Shown piece by piece: positions 8,426 to 17,215 of a DNA stretch of 44,314 nt. The notes under the pieces are model-generated. The model had not been told where the DNA came from. It worked only from the letters and a program-made list of their open reading frames with translations, and did no database searches. How positions within the stretch are numbered: position 1 is the stretch's first letter; each line of letters opens with the position of its first letter. Source of the stretch: a virus (taxonomy: Duplodnaviria; Caudoviricetes); IMG/VR virus record IMGVR_UViG_3300048852_000021, positions 1-44,314 of that record. The stretch is one strand, 5' to 3'. Both the position numbers and the translations under genes were made by a program.

Positions 8426-8836
8426 ATGAGGAACATTAACGTGGATAAGAGCTGGATAAAGGAGGCTTTGGCAGCAAACGGATACTCTCAGCGCGATCTT
8501 GCAAGAGCATGGGAAGTATCAGAGGCCAGCGTTAGCAGATTCTTTGCAGGTGTAGAGCAGCAGGATCTGTCGCTTGGTCGTGCGCTGCGTTTGGCTCAGA
8601 TGCTCGATATGAGCATCGACGAGCTGGCTGCACGTTTAGGCCTCAAAGGAAAAGTTCAGCTTCCTCCGCCGTCAGTGCCTGTAGGCCGCGGCGCTCCCCA
8701 GGTTGGCACAATCACGTTGAACCCGGGTGCAACGCCCGGCGAGATGCGGGTGCTGCTGCATCTGGACATACCTGCACGTGTAGCGTCGGAAGTGGTTGCA
8801 TTGCTGGGCGGGGTCGGAACGGGCGGCTCCCGCTAA
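8426..8836 (+). CDS. XRE-family HTH repressor-like protein lacking an S24 peptidase domain
   Basis: YSQRDLARAWEVSEASVSRFF HTH; AAGGA RBS; divergent from the Xis-like gene; short non-peptidase C-terminus. Confidence 0.8.
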   Translation: MRNINVDKSWIKEALAANGYSQRDLARAWEVSEASVSRFFAGVEQQDLSLGRALRLAQMLDMSIDELAARLGLKGKVQLPPPSVPVGRGAPQVGTITLNPGATPGEMRVLLHLDIPARVASEVVALLGGVGTGGSR

Positions 8837-8938
8837 GTTTTCGGGTACGGCGAAAGTGCTTGAGTGAGACGTAAGGCTTCGGTATAAAACTGCTCAGACC
8901 AGTGCGCTTCTGCCCCGGTCGGACAGGAGGATACCGAA

Positions 8939-9901
8939 GTGACGCACGTTTCCCGCCGCAGCCTGGCCCCTGCCACCGCCCTCGCTTCCCAGGCCAATGA
9001 GATCGAGCGCCAGGCGCGCGAGAGCCGCGCCGCGCAGCCGAGTGGTCGGGCGGTCGGCTCCGACATCTTCTTTCCCGTTGCCAAGCGCGACCTGGCAGTC
9101 ATCGGCAAGAACGGGCCGGTGGCGATCCGCGGCATCGACCGCTTTCAGGCGACCGTGCGGATCGGGCAGGGGGGTGAGCCGGTAGCCCTGGGCGTCGTGG
9201 GCATGGACTATGAGGTGGTCCCCATGCGCCGGGTGGTGGAGCAGGCCGAGGAGGCCCTGCTGTCCATCTTGGGTGAGAACCTGCTGGCCGATGCGAAGAT
9301 CGTAGATCGGATGGCCTACCAGGGCGCTTTCGTATCTCGCGAGTATGTCCTCCCGACCCGTGACGAGGTAAAGCCGCGCGACCGCAAGGTGGGCGACATC
9401 GTCGCCTTCAAAGTCGTCATCGTGAACAGCTATGACGGCAGCGGCAGCGTGGGCCTGCAGGCCGGCACCGAGATCCTGCGCTGCACGAACGGCATGGTGT
9501 CGTTCTCCTCCATCGGCGGTGCGCGGAAACGCCACACCTCCAGCACCCGCCACTTCGACTGGGGCGCCCTGGTACGCACGGGGCTGGACAGCTACCAGAA
9601 CGACATCCGGCGCATGCGCGTCATGGCCGAGCACGGCCTGGATGCGGAGCAGGCGGAGGCCGCCCTGAAGGCTGCCGGCGTAGCCGAGCGCGCGGTCAAC
9701 CGGATCGTCGCCCTCTTCAACAGGGAGCGGGAGGAGCGCGGCGACAACGTGTGGGCGCTGGCCAACGCGCTGTCGTTCGATGCGACGCACCGCGAGTTCC
9801 GCAACACCGGCACCGACCATGCTGCGGCGACGCTGCTGGAGCGGCAGGCCGAGGCCTCCCGCATCCTCGATGTGGTACTCCGCCAGGCTGTGACGGCCTA
9901 A
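8939..9901 (+). CDS. DUF932-family protein
   Basis: IVNSYDGSGS...RCTNGMV...RH and NVWALANAL motifs; AGGAGG RBS. Confidence 0.8.
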   Translation: MTHVSRRSLAPATALASQANEIERQARESRAAQPSGRAVGSDIFFPVAKRDLAVIGKNGPVAIRGIDRFQATVRIGQGGEPVALGVVGMDYEVVPMRRVVEQAEEALLSILGENLLADAKIVDRMAYQGAFVSREYVLPTRDEVKPRDRKVGDIVAFKVVIVNSYDGSGSVGLQAGTEILRCTNGMVSFSSIGGARKRHTSSTRHFDWGALVRTGLDSYQNDIRRMRVMAEHGLDAEQAEAALKAAGVAERAVNRIVALFNREREERGDNVWALANALSFDATHREFRNTGTDHAAATLLERQAEASRILDVVLRQAVTA

Positions 9902-9909
9902 TTGTGCCT

Positions 9910-9938
9910 GGGGCCTTACGGATCTGCTGTAAGGCCCC
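9910..9938. terminator. Stem-loop after DUF932
   Basis: GGGGCCTTAC...GTAAGGCCCC inverted repeat; no T-run. Confidence 0.4.
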
Positions 9939-9970
9939 GCGCGCTGCGCGAAAAATGGAGGTGCGTCGTG

Positions 9971-10120
9971 ATGCTCTATCTTCTCCGCATAGTTGCCCTG
10001 TTCGGGGTCTGCGCGACGTTCGGCAAGCACCTGTCGTTTGTCGAGTGGCTGGTTGGCTGCATGGCTCTCTTGGTCCTCATCGAGATCAGCATCTTCGATG
10101 CGAAGAAGAGGGCGCCCTGA
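9971..10120 (+). CDS. Small two-TM membrane protein
   Basis: MLYLLRIVALFGVC...LVGCMALLVLIEISIF; GGAGG RBS. Confidence 0.6.
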   Translation: MLYLLRIVALFGVCATFGKHLSFVEWLVGCMALLVLIEISIFDAKKRAP

Positions 10121-10122
10121 CC

Positions 10123-10371
10123 ATGTCCCGCGGACCCCTGGACCAAGACATCACTAACCAGTTGGCCAAGCGGTTCATCGAGATGTCCGACAAGCACCCG
10201 AGCGTGTCGCCGGGGCAGACGCAGGCCGACGCCATGCACTTCCTGCTGGGCGCCGCCGCGCTGGCGGAGCTGCAGGGTGGCGACATGCTCCGCCAGGACA
10301 TCCTGCTGGTCCTGCTGGCGGTCAACACCCGCGGCGCCGATGTGCTGCGGGAGCTGGCCCAGCGCGCGTGA
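10123..10371 (+). CDS. Hypothetical protein
   Basis: MSRGPLDQDIT...; tightly packed in the operon with GC3-rich codons. Confidence 0.65.
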   Translation: MSRGPLDQDITNQLAKRFIEMSDKHPSVSPGQTQADAMHFLLGAAALAELQGGDMLRQDILLVLLAVNTRGADVLRELAQRA

Positions 10372-10439
10372 CGCTCGCGCCCGCAGGGGGTCGCGCCCCT
10401 GCATGGCGAGCGCCAACAGCGGCGTTCGAGGAGGCAGAG

Positions 10440-10805
10440 ATGGATGCGAAGCTAAAAGGTGTCCTGCTCGACGAGGCGAGCCTGCTGAACGCTTTCCCCT
10501 GCGCTGACGCGGAGGTGTTGAGCCGGCGCATGGCCACCGTCCTCCGCCGCATCGCAGGCTGCGATGATCATGTGGTCACTGGGGAGACGGTGGTGGACCA
10601 CGCACGGAAGGCGCTTCAGGCCGAGAGGGCCCGCCTGACCACCATGGCCGAACGCTGTAGGCAGGAGGCCAGGAACCTGCGGCGCCAGGCCGAGAAGACC
10701 GAGCACCCGTTCGAGCGGAAGCGCCTGCTCGACAAGGCACAGCTGGCGGAGGAGATGGCAGCGGATGCCGAGTCCGACCGCACCCAGCTGGAGCGCGAGC
10801 AGTGA
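10440..10805 (+). CDS. Hypothetical coiled-coil protein
   Basis: GAGGAGG RBS before MDAKLKGV; helical, charged sequence. Confidence 0.65.
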   Translation: MDAKLKGVLLDEASLLNAFPCADAEVLSRRMATVLRRIAGCDDHVVTGETVVDHARKALQAERARLTTMAERCRQEARNLRRQAEKTEHPFERKRLLDKAQLAEEMAADAESDRTQLEREQ

Positions 10806-11047
10806 GGGGCCGGGGCAAACAGCGGGAGCTGTTGGAGCAGTTGCAAGCGGAGGGCTGGACCTTCCGCCGCCATACCGGCTCCGGTCACATGCAGTTCGAG
10901 CATCCGGTTGGGGGCCTGTTGATCGTCTCCTGCTCCCCTGGATGCCCAAGGGGGCCGAAGAACACGCTGCAGGATGCGCGCCGCGCCGTCGCGATGGGGC
11001 TTTCGCGTGCCCGGAGCCTTACGAAAACGACGAAACAACATGCGTGA
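10802..11047 (+). CDS. HicA-like toxin-fold protein
   Basis: RELLEQLQAEGWTFRRHTGSGHMQFEHP matches the HicA 'L...GW...R..GSH..F.HP' pattern. Confidence 0.7.
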   Translation: MRGRGKQRELLEQLQAEGWTFRRHTGSGHMQFEHPVGGLLIVSCSPGCPRGPKNTLQDARRAVAMGLSRARSLTKTTKQHA

Positions 11048-11068
11048 GATGAAAGAGAGGATGGGATC

Positions 11069-11426
11069 AATGACCAAGAACGCCCCCCGGTGCTTCGGCC
11101 TGTTCCGCTCGCCGCAGCACGACGCCGAAGCCTGCTGCCGTGACTGTCCGCAGGACGCTGCCTGCCGCCTGGCGCTTGACAGCGAGGTGTTCACCCCGCT
11201 GCAGCGCCCGACTTCCTGGGCGGTGCATCTGTTCCTGCATGGCAAGTGGTACGGCAACAAGGTGCGCCTCGCCGTGCCGCACCAGGCGACGCGCTATGGG
11301 GATCACGTCGCCTGGCAGATGGGCGACGTACCCTCTCGCGTGGTGCAGACGCATGACCCGGTCACACACTACTTCTCTGACGTCTGCGATCTGGTGCGGC
11401 TGGAGCGGATGGGGGTGACGTCGTGA
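11069..11426 (+). CDS. Hypothetical protein with Cys-rich N-terminus (start uncertain)
   Basis: CFG...CCRDCPQDAAC; coupled to the next gene. Confidence 0.55.
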
Positions 11427-11653
11427 TCTCGCTCCTCTTCACGCCGGAGGAGGCGACGCAGGCGATCCGCAGGCGCGCGATGCGCAGCCTTCGCGTCGTG
11501 CTCGCAGAGGGCGCCGCGCTGCTGGCAACGCGCCTGCTCCAGCTGGCCGCCGTGCTGCTGGTCGTCGCCTGCGTTGCGGGGGCTGGCTACCTGCTCGCGG
11601 AGATCGCGACGCTCGCGATCCCGGGCGCAGCCATCATCGACACGCTGTTCTGA
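11423..11653 (+). CDS. Small membrane protein
   Basis: Long hydrophobic stretch; overlaps the upstream stop. Confidence 0.6.
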   Translation: MISLLFTPEEATQAIRRRAMRSLRVVLAEGAALLATRLLQLAAVLLVVACVAGAGYLLAEIATLAIPGAAIIDTLF

Positions 11654-11665
11654 CAGGAGGCTGGC

Positions 11666-12871
11666 ATGGCCATGCGCGTCACCAAGCTGGAGCTGCGGCC
11701 TGGCGTCTGGAGGCTCCGGGTGGAGTGGAAGGACGAGAAGGGCGAGCGCCGGTTCCGCTATGAGACGGTGAAGGGCACCGCCGACGACGCCGAGGTGCGG
11801 CGCGCCGAGCTGGTGCTGGGCCAGATCGAGGATGCCAAGGCCACGCGGCAGCCCGGCCTGCAGGGGGTGGCTGCGCAGCATGGCACCTTGCTGCTCTCCA
11901 CCTATGCACGGCGCTGGCTCGACCAGCGCATCGCCCTGGGCAACTTTCGCGGCCAGACCGAGCACATCTATCGCCACCTGCTGGAGCACCACGTCATCCC
12001 GACCTGGGGCCACCTGCCGCTGCGCTCTCTCACGCGGGACATCATCACTCAGGGGCTGGTCGACCTGGCGAAGAAGAGAAAGCACTCGCCCCGCACGCTG
12101 CGTGCCATTCGCTCGCGCCTGTTCGCGGTGCTGTCAGAGGCGCAGCAGAACAACCTGATCGAGACGAACCCGGCGACGAAGATCAAGCTGCCTCGCCCTC
12201 CGCGGACGGCCGGCAAGATCATGTCGGACCCGCAGACCGAGCGCCTGCTGACCAAGGTGCGTGGCCATCGCCTGGGCTGCATCATCCGCTTCGCGCTCTC
12301 CACAGGGGCGCGGCGCGGCGAGATGGTTGGCCTGGTGTGGGGTGACTTCAATGAGGCCTGCACCGTGGTGAAGATCGACCGCTCCATCGCGGACGACGGG
12401 CGCGCCTGCTGGGTGGTGCCGCCCAAGACCGAGGCGGGCAAGCGGACCATCAGCCTGTTCCCCGAGATGGCCGCGGAGATGCGCGCCAGGCGCACCCAGG
12501 ACGCCATCGAGGCGAAGAAGCGCGGACTGGATCTCGATACCTTTCCGGTGTTCCGCAACGTCATGGGTGAGCGTTGGACGCCGCGCAGGCTGACGGCTGC
12601 CCTGGGCAAGCTGCTGGAGGATGCAGGGCTGGACGACTTCACCGTCCACGATCTGCGCCACGCCCATGCCAGCGCCCTGCTGCGTTCGGGCGCGAACCCG
12701 CGCGCGGTGGCGGAGAGGCTGGGCCACGGTGATCCCTCCATCACCCTCTCGATCTATGCCCATGTCCTGCCGAGTGATGACAAGCACCTGGCCGTTGCCA
12801 TCGGGCGCGAGCTGGGGAAGCTGGGCTTCGGGGCTTCTGAGACGGCAGAGGCCGAGGAAGAGGAGGCATAG
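11666..12871 (+). CDS. int: Tyrosine integrase
   Basis: N-terminal arm-binding-like domain, TNPA, TGARRGE, PKT, HDLRHAHAS, LGH and IYAH catalytic residues; AGGAGG RBS. Confidence 0.97.
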   Translation: MAMRVTKLELRPGVWRLRVEWKDEKGERRFRYETVKGTADDAEVRRAELVLGQIEDAKATRQPGLQGVAAQHGTLLLSTYARRWLDQRIALGNFRGQTEHIYRHLLEHHVIPTWGHLPLRSLTRDIITQGLVDLAKKRKHSPRTLRAIRSRLFAVLSEAQQNNLIETNPATKIKLPRPPRTAGKIMSDPQTERLLTKVRGHRLGCIIRFALSTGARRGEMVGLVWGDFNEACTVVKIDRSIADDGRACWVVPPKTEAGKRTISLFPEMAAEMRARRTQDAIEAKKRGLDLDTFPVFRNVMGERWTPRRLTAALGKLLEDAGLDDFTVHDLRHAHASALLRSGANPRAVAERLGHGDPSITLSIYAHVLPSDDKHLAVAIGRELGKLGFGASETAEAEEEEA

Positions 12872-12873
12872 CG

Positions 12874-13053
12874 ATGCTGGTGCTGCTGCGCATCATCGTC
12901 GCCATCATCAGCGCCGCTGTGCTGATCCCCACCGTCGTGGGAGGCGTGCTGCTGCTGGTGCTGGAGGGCGAATGGACCAGCATTGTGCTCATCGTCTCCG
13001 GCAGTGCATGGGTGGTTCCCCTCTACATCTCCATCACCGGTAAGCCTCTCTGA
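12874..13053 (+). CDS. 59-aa two-TM membrane protein (not in ORF track)
   Basis: MLVLLRIIVAIISAAVLIPTVVGGVLLLVLEGEWTSIVLIVSGSAWVVPLYISITGKPL*; GGAGG RBS. Confidence 0.65.
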   Translation: MLVLLRIIVAIISAAVLIPTVVGGVLLLVLEGEWTSIVLIVSGSAWVVPLYISITGKPL

Positions 13054-13140
13054 CCTTTCGCTTGGACTGCGGATTACGGAAATGACGGAAGGCGTTGCGC
13101 GTGACGCCAACGAGGGAGCATGGTGTCTGCCCTCACAGCG

Positions 13141-13173
13141 AAAAAATGGGGGCCCGGTGACGGCCGGGCCCCC
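13141..13173 (-). terminator. Rho-independent terminator, T-tail on minus strand (possibly bidirectional)
   Basis: AAAAAA-T-GGGGGCCCGG-TGACGG-CCGGGCCCCC. Confidence 0.6.
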
Positions 13174-13226
13174 GAGTTGTGACCTACGATGTCAAAGCGG
13201 GACGCCGCGACTGTACGGAGGATTGC

Positions 13227-15896
13227 GTGGATAGCGCAAGCGGTTCCGACCGGCTCATGTTCAGGGCCGCCCTCGCTCCCTTCCGCCAGGCCGGCTGGCC
13301 TGATGACCTCTTTCTCCCTGGCATCCCTGTAGGTGCCGCCCTCACTCCCGACAGCACCGTTCCCGAAGGGAACATCGGCAAGGTGCCCGGCCGGCTGACG
13401 CGGCGCGGCTGGGTGGGCATGACCGGCGACTGGCCCAGCAGGGGCCTGGGCGCCGCGGTGCCGGCCGTGAGCCTGGCGCAGGCGGAGGACTGGCCGACCG
13501 GCCAGGTGTGCATTTGGGCAGGGCAGCTGCCCGCCCTCGACTGCGACGCGGACGACGAGCGCGTGGCGGAGATCGCGCTGCACCTGGCGCGCTGGATATG
13601 GGGGCAGGACATGCCCCTGCGGACGCGGGCCCGCAGCGACCGCTGGCTGGCACCGCTGCACCCCATGGAGCAGCTGCAGGGATTCACCAGGCTGGTGGTC
13701 GAGAGGGACGGCCAGCGGTCGACCATCGAGTGGAAGGGCATCGGCCACTGGGTTGCGGCCGGCGCGCACCCGAAGGGCGGGCGCTACGGCTGGGGCATGT
13801 GGGGGGTGGAGGAGCCGCCCGCCTGGGAGGAGATCCCGACCACCACACAGGCGCAGCTGGATGCCTTCCGGGAGCGGCTGGAGGCCGCCCTGGTGGATGA
13901 GGGCTATGCGGTGCGGGTGGCGGGGGCAGGGGCCGCGACGAGCGGGCCCCAGGCCGGCGCCAGGCGCGCCCTGCGGGATCTGCCGCAGCTCCTGTCCGAT
14001 GCCACGCTGGAGCGCCTGCTGGGCGCCATGGAGTGCAGCACCGAGGTGCTGGGCGCATCGCACGACGAAGCCGTGCAGACGCTCACCATGCTGGCCGGCG
14101 TGCTGGGCCGCGGTGGGGTGGGCGAGGATGGACGCCCGCAGCTGCCCGCGGTGATCGAGGCCTGGGTGATGGGCTACCCGGGCGACGACCCTGTCGCCTG
14201 GACGGATGAACGCTGGCGCAGCTTCGGGGAGGTGGTGCCCAGGCCTGGCCCCTTCGTCGGCTGGGTCGAGAGCCAGGCGGAGTGTGGCGTGCTCGCGCCC
14301 GAGCTGGCGGATGAGGTGGCGGCCGAGGTGCGCGGCAACGAGGCAGCGGCCGAGTTCGCGCCCGAGCCCGACCAGGCTGGCGGCGAGCGGCCCGCATCGC
14401 GCGAGGAGGCTGCAGCAGCTGCCGAGCTGGAGGCGGAGGAGGCTGCCGCGGGTGCCGAGGAGGCACGCCAGCAGCGCCTTCAGGGGCTGGCCGCCGAGTT
14501 GGTCTACTGGCCCGAGGAGCGCGTCTGGTTCGTGCGCGACACCGGGGAGAAGCTGACCGCCGAGGCGCTGAACGTGCATCCCAGGTTCTGCGGCCGGGTC
14601 GCGCCTGCGAGCGCCCCTCGCTCGCGCTCCACCGCCATGCGCCTGCTCCAGGCGCAGGCGTGCGACACGGTACTCGGGGAAACCTGGCAGCCGGGGCAGG
14701 GCGACATCGCCATGGTCCGCATGCGTGGCGTCATGCGGCCTGCCTTCAACCGCTGGCGGCCCGGCCCTGTCGAGCGTTGGGCGGAGGAGGCCAGGCAGCT
14801 GGACGAGGCCGCAGTGTCCAGGCTGGAGCGCGAGATCCGGCCCTGGCTCGACCACGTCGAGCGCGTTTTCGACAAGCGGGTGGACCGCGAGCACTTCCTG
14901 AACTTCATCGCCTTCCGCCTGCAGCAGCCGGCCGGGAAGGTAAACCACTCGATCATGGTGCGGTCGCGGCAGGGGCTGGGGAAGGACATGATGCTCCGGC
15001 CGGTGGCCGTGGCGCTGGGCCCCTGGAACTACAAGGAGGTTTCGACGGAGCGCCTGCAGGGGCGGTTCACCGATTGGATCGAGGCGCAGCTGATCCTGGG
15101 CCAGGAGGTGGCGGGCGAGGGGAAGTTTGAACTCTACAACCGCCTGAAGGCTGTGCTGGCCAGCACCGCGGGCGGGACCGTCACCGTCGAGCGCAAGGGC
15201 CGCGACCCCTACGAGAGCGCGGCCTGCCAGATGACGATCTTCTTCACCAATGCGCCCGCTGCGCTGGGGCTCTCGACCGACGACAGGCGCCTGTACGTGG
15301 TCCGGTCGGACTGGACGCCGCCTGCCGACACGAAGGCCGAGGCCGCCTACTTCGACGCACTGGCCGCCTTCTACGATGGGCCCGCGGGCGACGGAGCGGG
15401 CTGCAAGGCGGTGGCCATGTGGCTGCTGCGCCGCGACCTGGCGGCGTTCAATCCGTATGAGCGGCCCGCCATGACCGAGGCGAAGCTGGAGCTGATCGAG
15501 GAGGCGCAGGGCGGGTTCGCCGCCTGGCTGCGCGACATCACTGCGCCCGAGGGATCGCTGGGAGAGCGGAAGCTGCTGACCACGCGGGACGTGCTGCAGG
15601 TGGCTGCGTCAGACTTCGCTGATCCGATGCTGCCCGATGCGGAGAGGCGCGCCCTGACCGAGACGCGTGTCGGGCGTGCGCTGGGCGACCAGGGCTGGCG
15701 CCAGAGGCGCATCAGGGCCTGCGGGAAGCTGCATCGCCTGTGGGCTCGCATGGAGGGGCCCGGCGCGCTGCCCGGCGACTACATGGACCGCGACGGCGCC
15801 GTGTGGGCGCAGGACTACCGGGCCGAACAGGCGGGCATGGTGCCTGCCGATGGCGACGAGACGGTGGTCCCCTTCAAGCGCGAGAAGGTCGACTAG
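13227..15896 (+). CDS. Prim-Pol primase fused to a D5/DUF5906 SF3 helicase
   Basis: GKVPG, ALDCD, VAAGAHPKGGRYGW Prim-Pol motifs; Walker A QGLGKD, FFTN, DDRR; GGAGGA RBS before GTG 13227. Confidence 0.9.
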   Translation: MDSASGSDRLMFRAALAPFRQAGWPDDLFLPGIPVGAALTPDSTVPEGNIGKVPGRLTRRGWVGMTGDWPSRGLGAAVPAVSLAQAEDWPTGQVCIWAGQLPALDCDADDERVAEIALHLARWIWGQDMPLRTRARSDRWLAPLHPMEQLQGFTRLVVERDGQRSTIEWKGIGHWVAAGAHPKGGRYGWGMWGVEEPPAWEEIPTTTQAQLDAFRERLEAALVDEGYAVRVAGAGAATSGPQAGARRALRDLPQLLSDATLERLLGAMECSTEVLGASHDEAVQTLTMLAGVLGRGGVGEDGRPQLPAVIEAWVMGYPGDDPVAWTDERWRSFGEVVPRPGPFVGWVESQAECGVLAPELADEVAAEVRGNEAAAEFAPEPDQAGGERPASREEAAAAAELEAEEAAAGAEEARQQRLQGLAAELVYWPEERVWFVRDTGEKLTAEALNVHPRFCGRVAPASAPRSRSTAMRLLQAQACDTVLGETWQPGQGDIAMVRMRGVMRPAFNRWRPGPVERWAEEARQLDEAAVSRLEREIRPWLDHVERVFDKRVDREHFLNFIAFRLQQPAGKVNHSIMVRSRQGLGKDMMLRPVAVALGPWNYKEVSTERLQGRFTDWIEAQLILGQEVAGEGKFELYNRLKAVLASTAGGTVTVERKGRDPYESAACQMTIFFTNAPAALGLSTDDRRLYVVRSDWTPPADTKAEAAYFDALAAFYDGPAGDGAGCKAVAMWLLRRDLAAFNPYERPAMTEAKLELIEEAQGGFAAWLRDITAPEGSLGERKLLTTRDVLQVAASDFADPMLPDAERRALTETRVGRALGDQGWRQRRIRACGKLHRLWARMEGPGALPGDYMDRDGAVWAQDYRAEQAGMVPADGDETVVPFKREKVD

Positions 15897-15955
15897 GCTC
15901 CGAGCCCGCAACCAATAGCTGAATTGAATATGGAGTTTTATGGTCGCGAAAGGTC

Positions 15956-16022
15956 ACCGGAGCGGGCCGAAGTGCCAGGCCAGCCGACCGTTAGCCGGAA
16001 ATCATCCGTCTGGCGCTGACCA
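15956..16022 (+). repeat. 67-bp direct repeat, copy 1
   Basis: 57/67 identical to 16722-16788 by hand alignment. Confidence 0.9.
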
Positions 16023-16211
16023 CATAGTGCAAGGACGAAAGTGAGAGGGCGCGGTCTTCTCAAGGGAGCGCGGTTGGCGGTTTACAAGTTGCCGTTTAGG
16101 AATGAAAATGAGGCAGCGACGCAAACCCTGCTCGGAACCATTGCTATGAGACATCATGGTGGTCGCACCTCAGGCTCTCATAAGGGCCGCGGTGGATCGA
16201 AATGGCAATGG

Positions 16212-16691
16212 ATGAGCCGGCCAGTTGCAGCCTTGTCCGCAGTGTTGCTGGCGACCGCAATATCAGCACCAGCGGCCGCTGCCGACTGGCAGTATGCGCG
16301 CTGGGGCATGACTGTCGAAGAACTTATCGCAGCATCTAGAGGACGCGCACGACCTGCAACGGAAAATCCGCCTCAGAATGCGTGGCGGCTGGCGCTCGCT
16401 ACTGGGACGCATTCGGCAGAGGGAATGCATTTTACCGTACGTTTCCTGTTCGGAGCGCAGAGTAGACGTCTAGAATGCGCAGTTCTTGAACTGCGAGATT
16501 ACTCACAGCTTGCTCAGCTGCGAAGGCGTCTTGAGGAGATTTACGGTTCTCCCAGCCGGCACACCCACACTCCACGGCTATGGCGCGAGACAATCTGGGA
16601 TCGAGACAATCAAGTTACGCTCATGGATATGTACACAATCTCCGGTGCCAACTTGATGCACTGCACGAGACAAGGCGGTGGAGGATTGTAA
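16212..16691 (+). CDS. Moron: secreted/periplasmic protein
   Basis: Signal peptide MSRPVAALSAVLLATAISAPAAA-A, then WGMTVEEL; lower GC than its neighbours. Confidence 0.75.
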   Translation: MSRPVAALSAVLLATAISAPAAAADWQYARWGMTVEELIAASRGRARPATENPPQNAWRLALATGTHSAEGMHFTVRFLFGAQSRRLECAVLELRDYSQLAQLRRRLEEIYGSPSRHTHTPRLWRETIWDRDNQVTLMDMYTISGANLMHCTRQGGGGL

Positions 16692-16721
16692 GAGCGTAGT
16701 GCGCGTCAGACGGATAGTCCT

Positions 16722-16788
16722 ACCGGAGCGGGCCGAGGTGCCCGGCCAGCCCACCTTCAGCCAGGACTCATCTGTCTGGCGTTGACCA
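16722..16788 (+). repeat. 67-bp direct repeat, copy 2
   Basis: Partner of 15956-16022. Confidence 0.9.
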
Positions 16789-16968
16789 TCAGGAAGCGGC
16801 CGAAACCGTGACGGGTTGGGTCGGGCGCTACCCGTCACAGGTGGCGCCCGCTCTGTTTTGAGGCGACAACAGTCAGTGCCGAGTGTCGAGTTCAGTGCCG
16901 GCTTTGGCAAAAACCCGGCACATCGAAAAACTCAAACAGCGCAAGGGTTTATGCCCTACTAATTCCAT

Positions 16969-17098
16969 GTTCCACCTTTCTCCCTTTACTGATGGATAGA
17001 GAGAAAAAGAGGGGAAAAGAGGGGGTGGAAAGGGAGTGGAGAGGGGAGTGGAGGGGAGTGGGGGGTGTGTATAGGCGGGTATGGGAACTAGGTGGAAC
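16969..17098. repeat. Purine-rich tract bounded by a 9-bp inverted repeat
   Basis: GTTCCACCT (16969) and AGGTGGAAC (17090) enclose a GA-rich run with GGGAGTGG x3. Confidence 0.7.
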
Positions 17099-17215
17099 TC
17101 GGTCACGGCCTGGCCGGTGTCATCGACCCCTGCAGATTACGCCAGTGGCACAATCGCTTCCGCGGGCGCGGACCCTGCGGAAGCGGCGAGGTGGGTCCGA
17201 GGGATGGAGGATGGG

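Noticed and set aside
16703-16788. Integron attC site
   Set aside because: A bulged hairpin is present, but no proper RYYYAAC/GTTRRRY pair is shared by both copies and the integrase resembles a phage Int, not IntI.
16703-16790. Hammerhead ribozyme on the minus strand (CAGATGAGTCC...GGAC)
   Set aside because: Core would need CUGAUGA and GAAA after stem II; both are missing.
17085-17098. Second LexA box
   Set aside because: GAAC-N6-GAAC; spacing is one base short.
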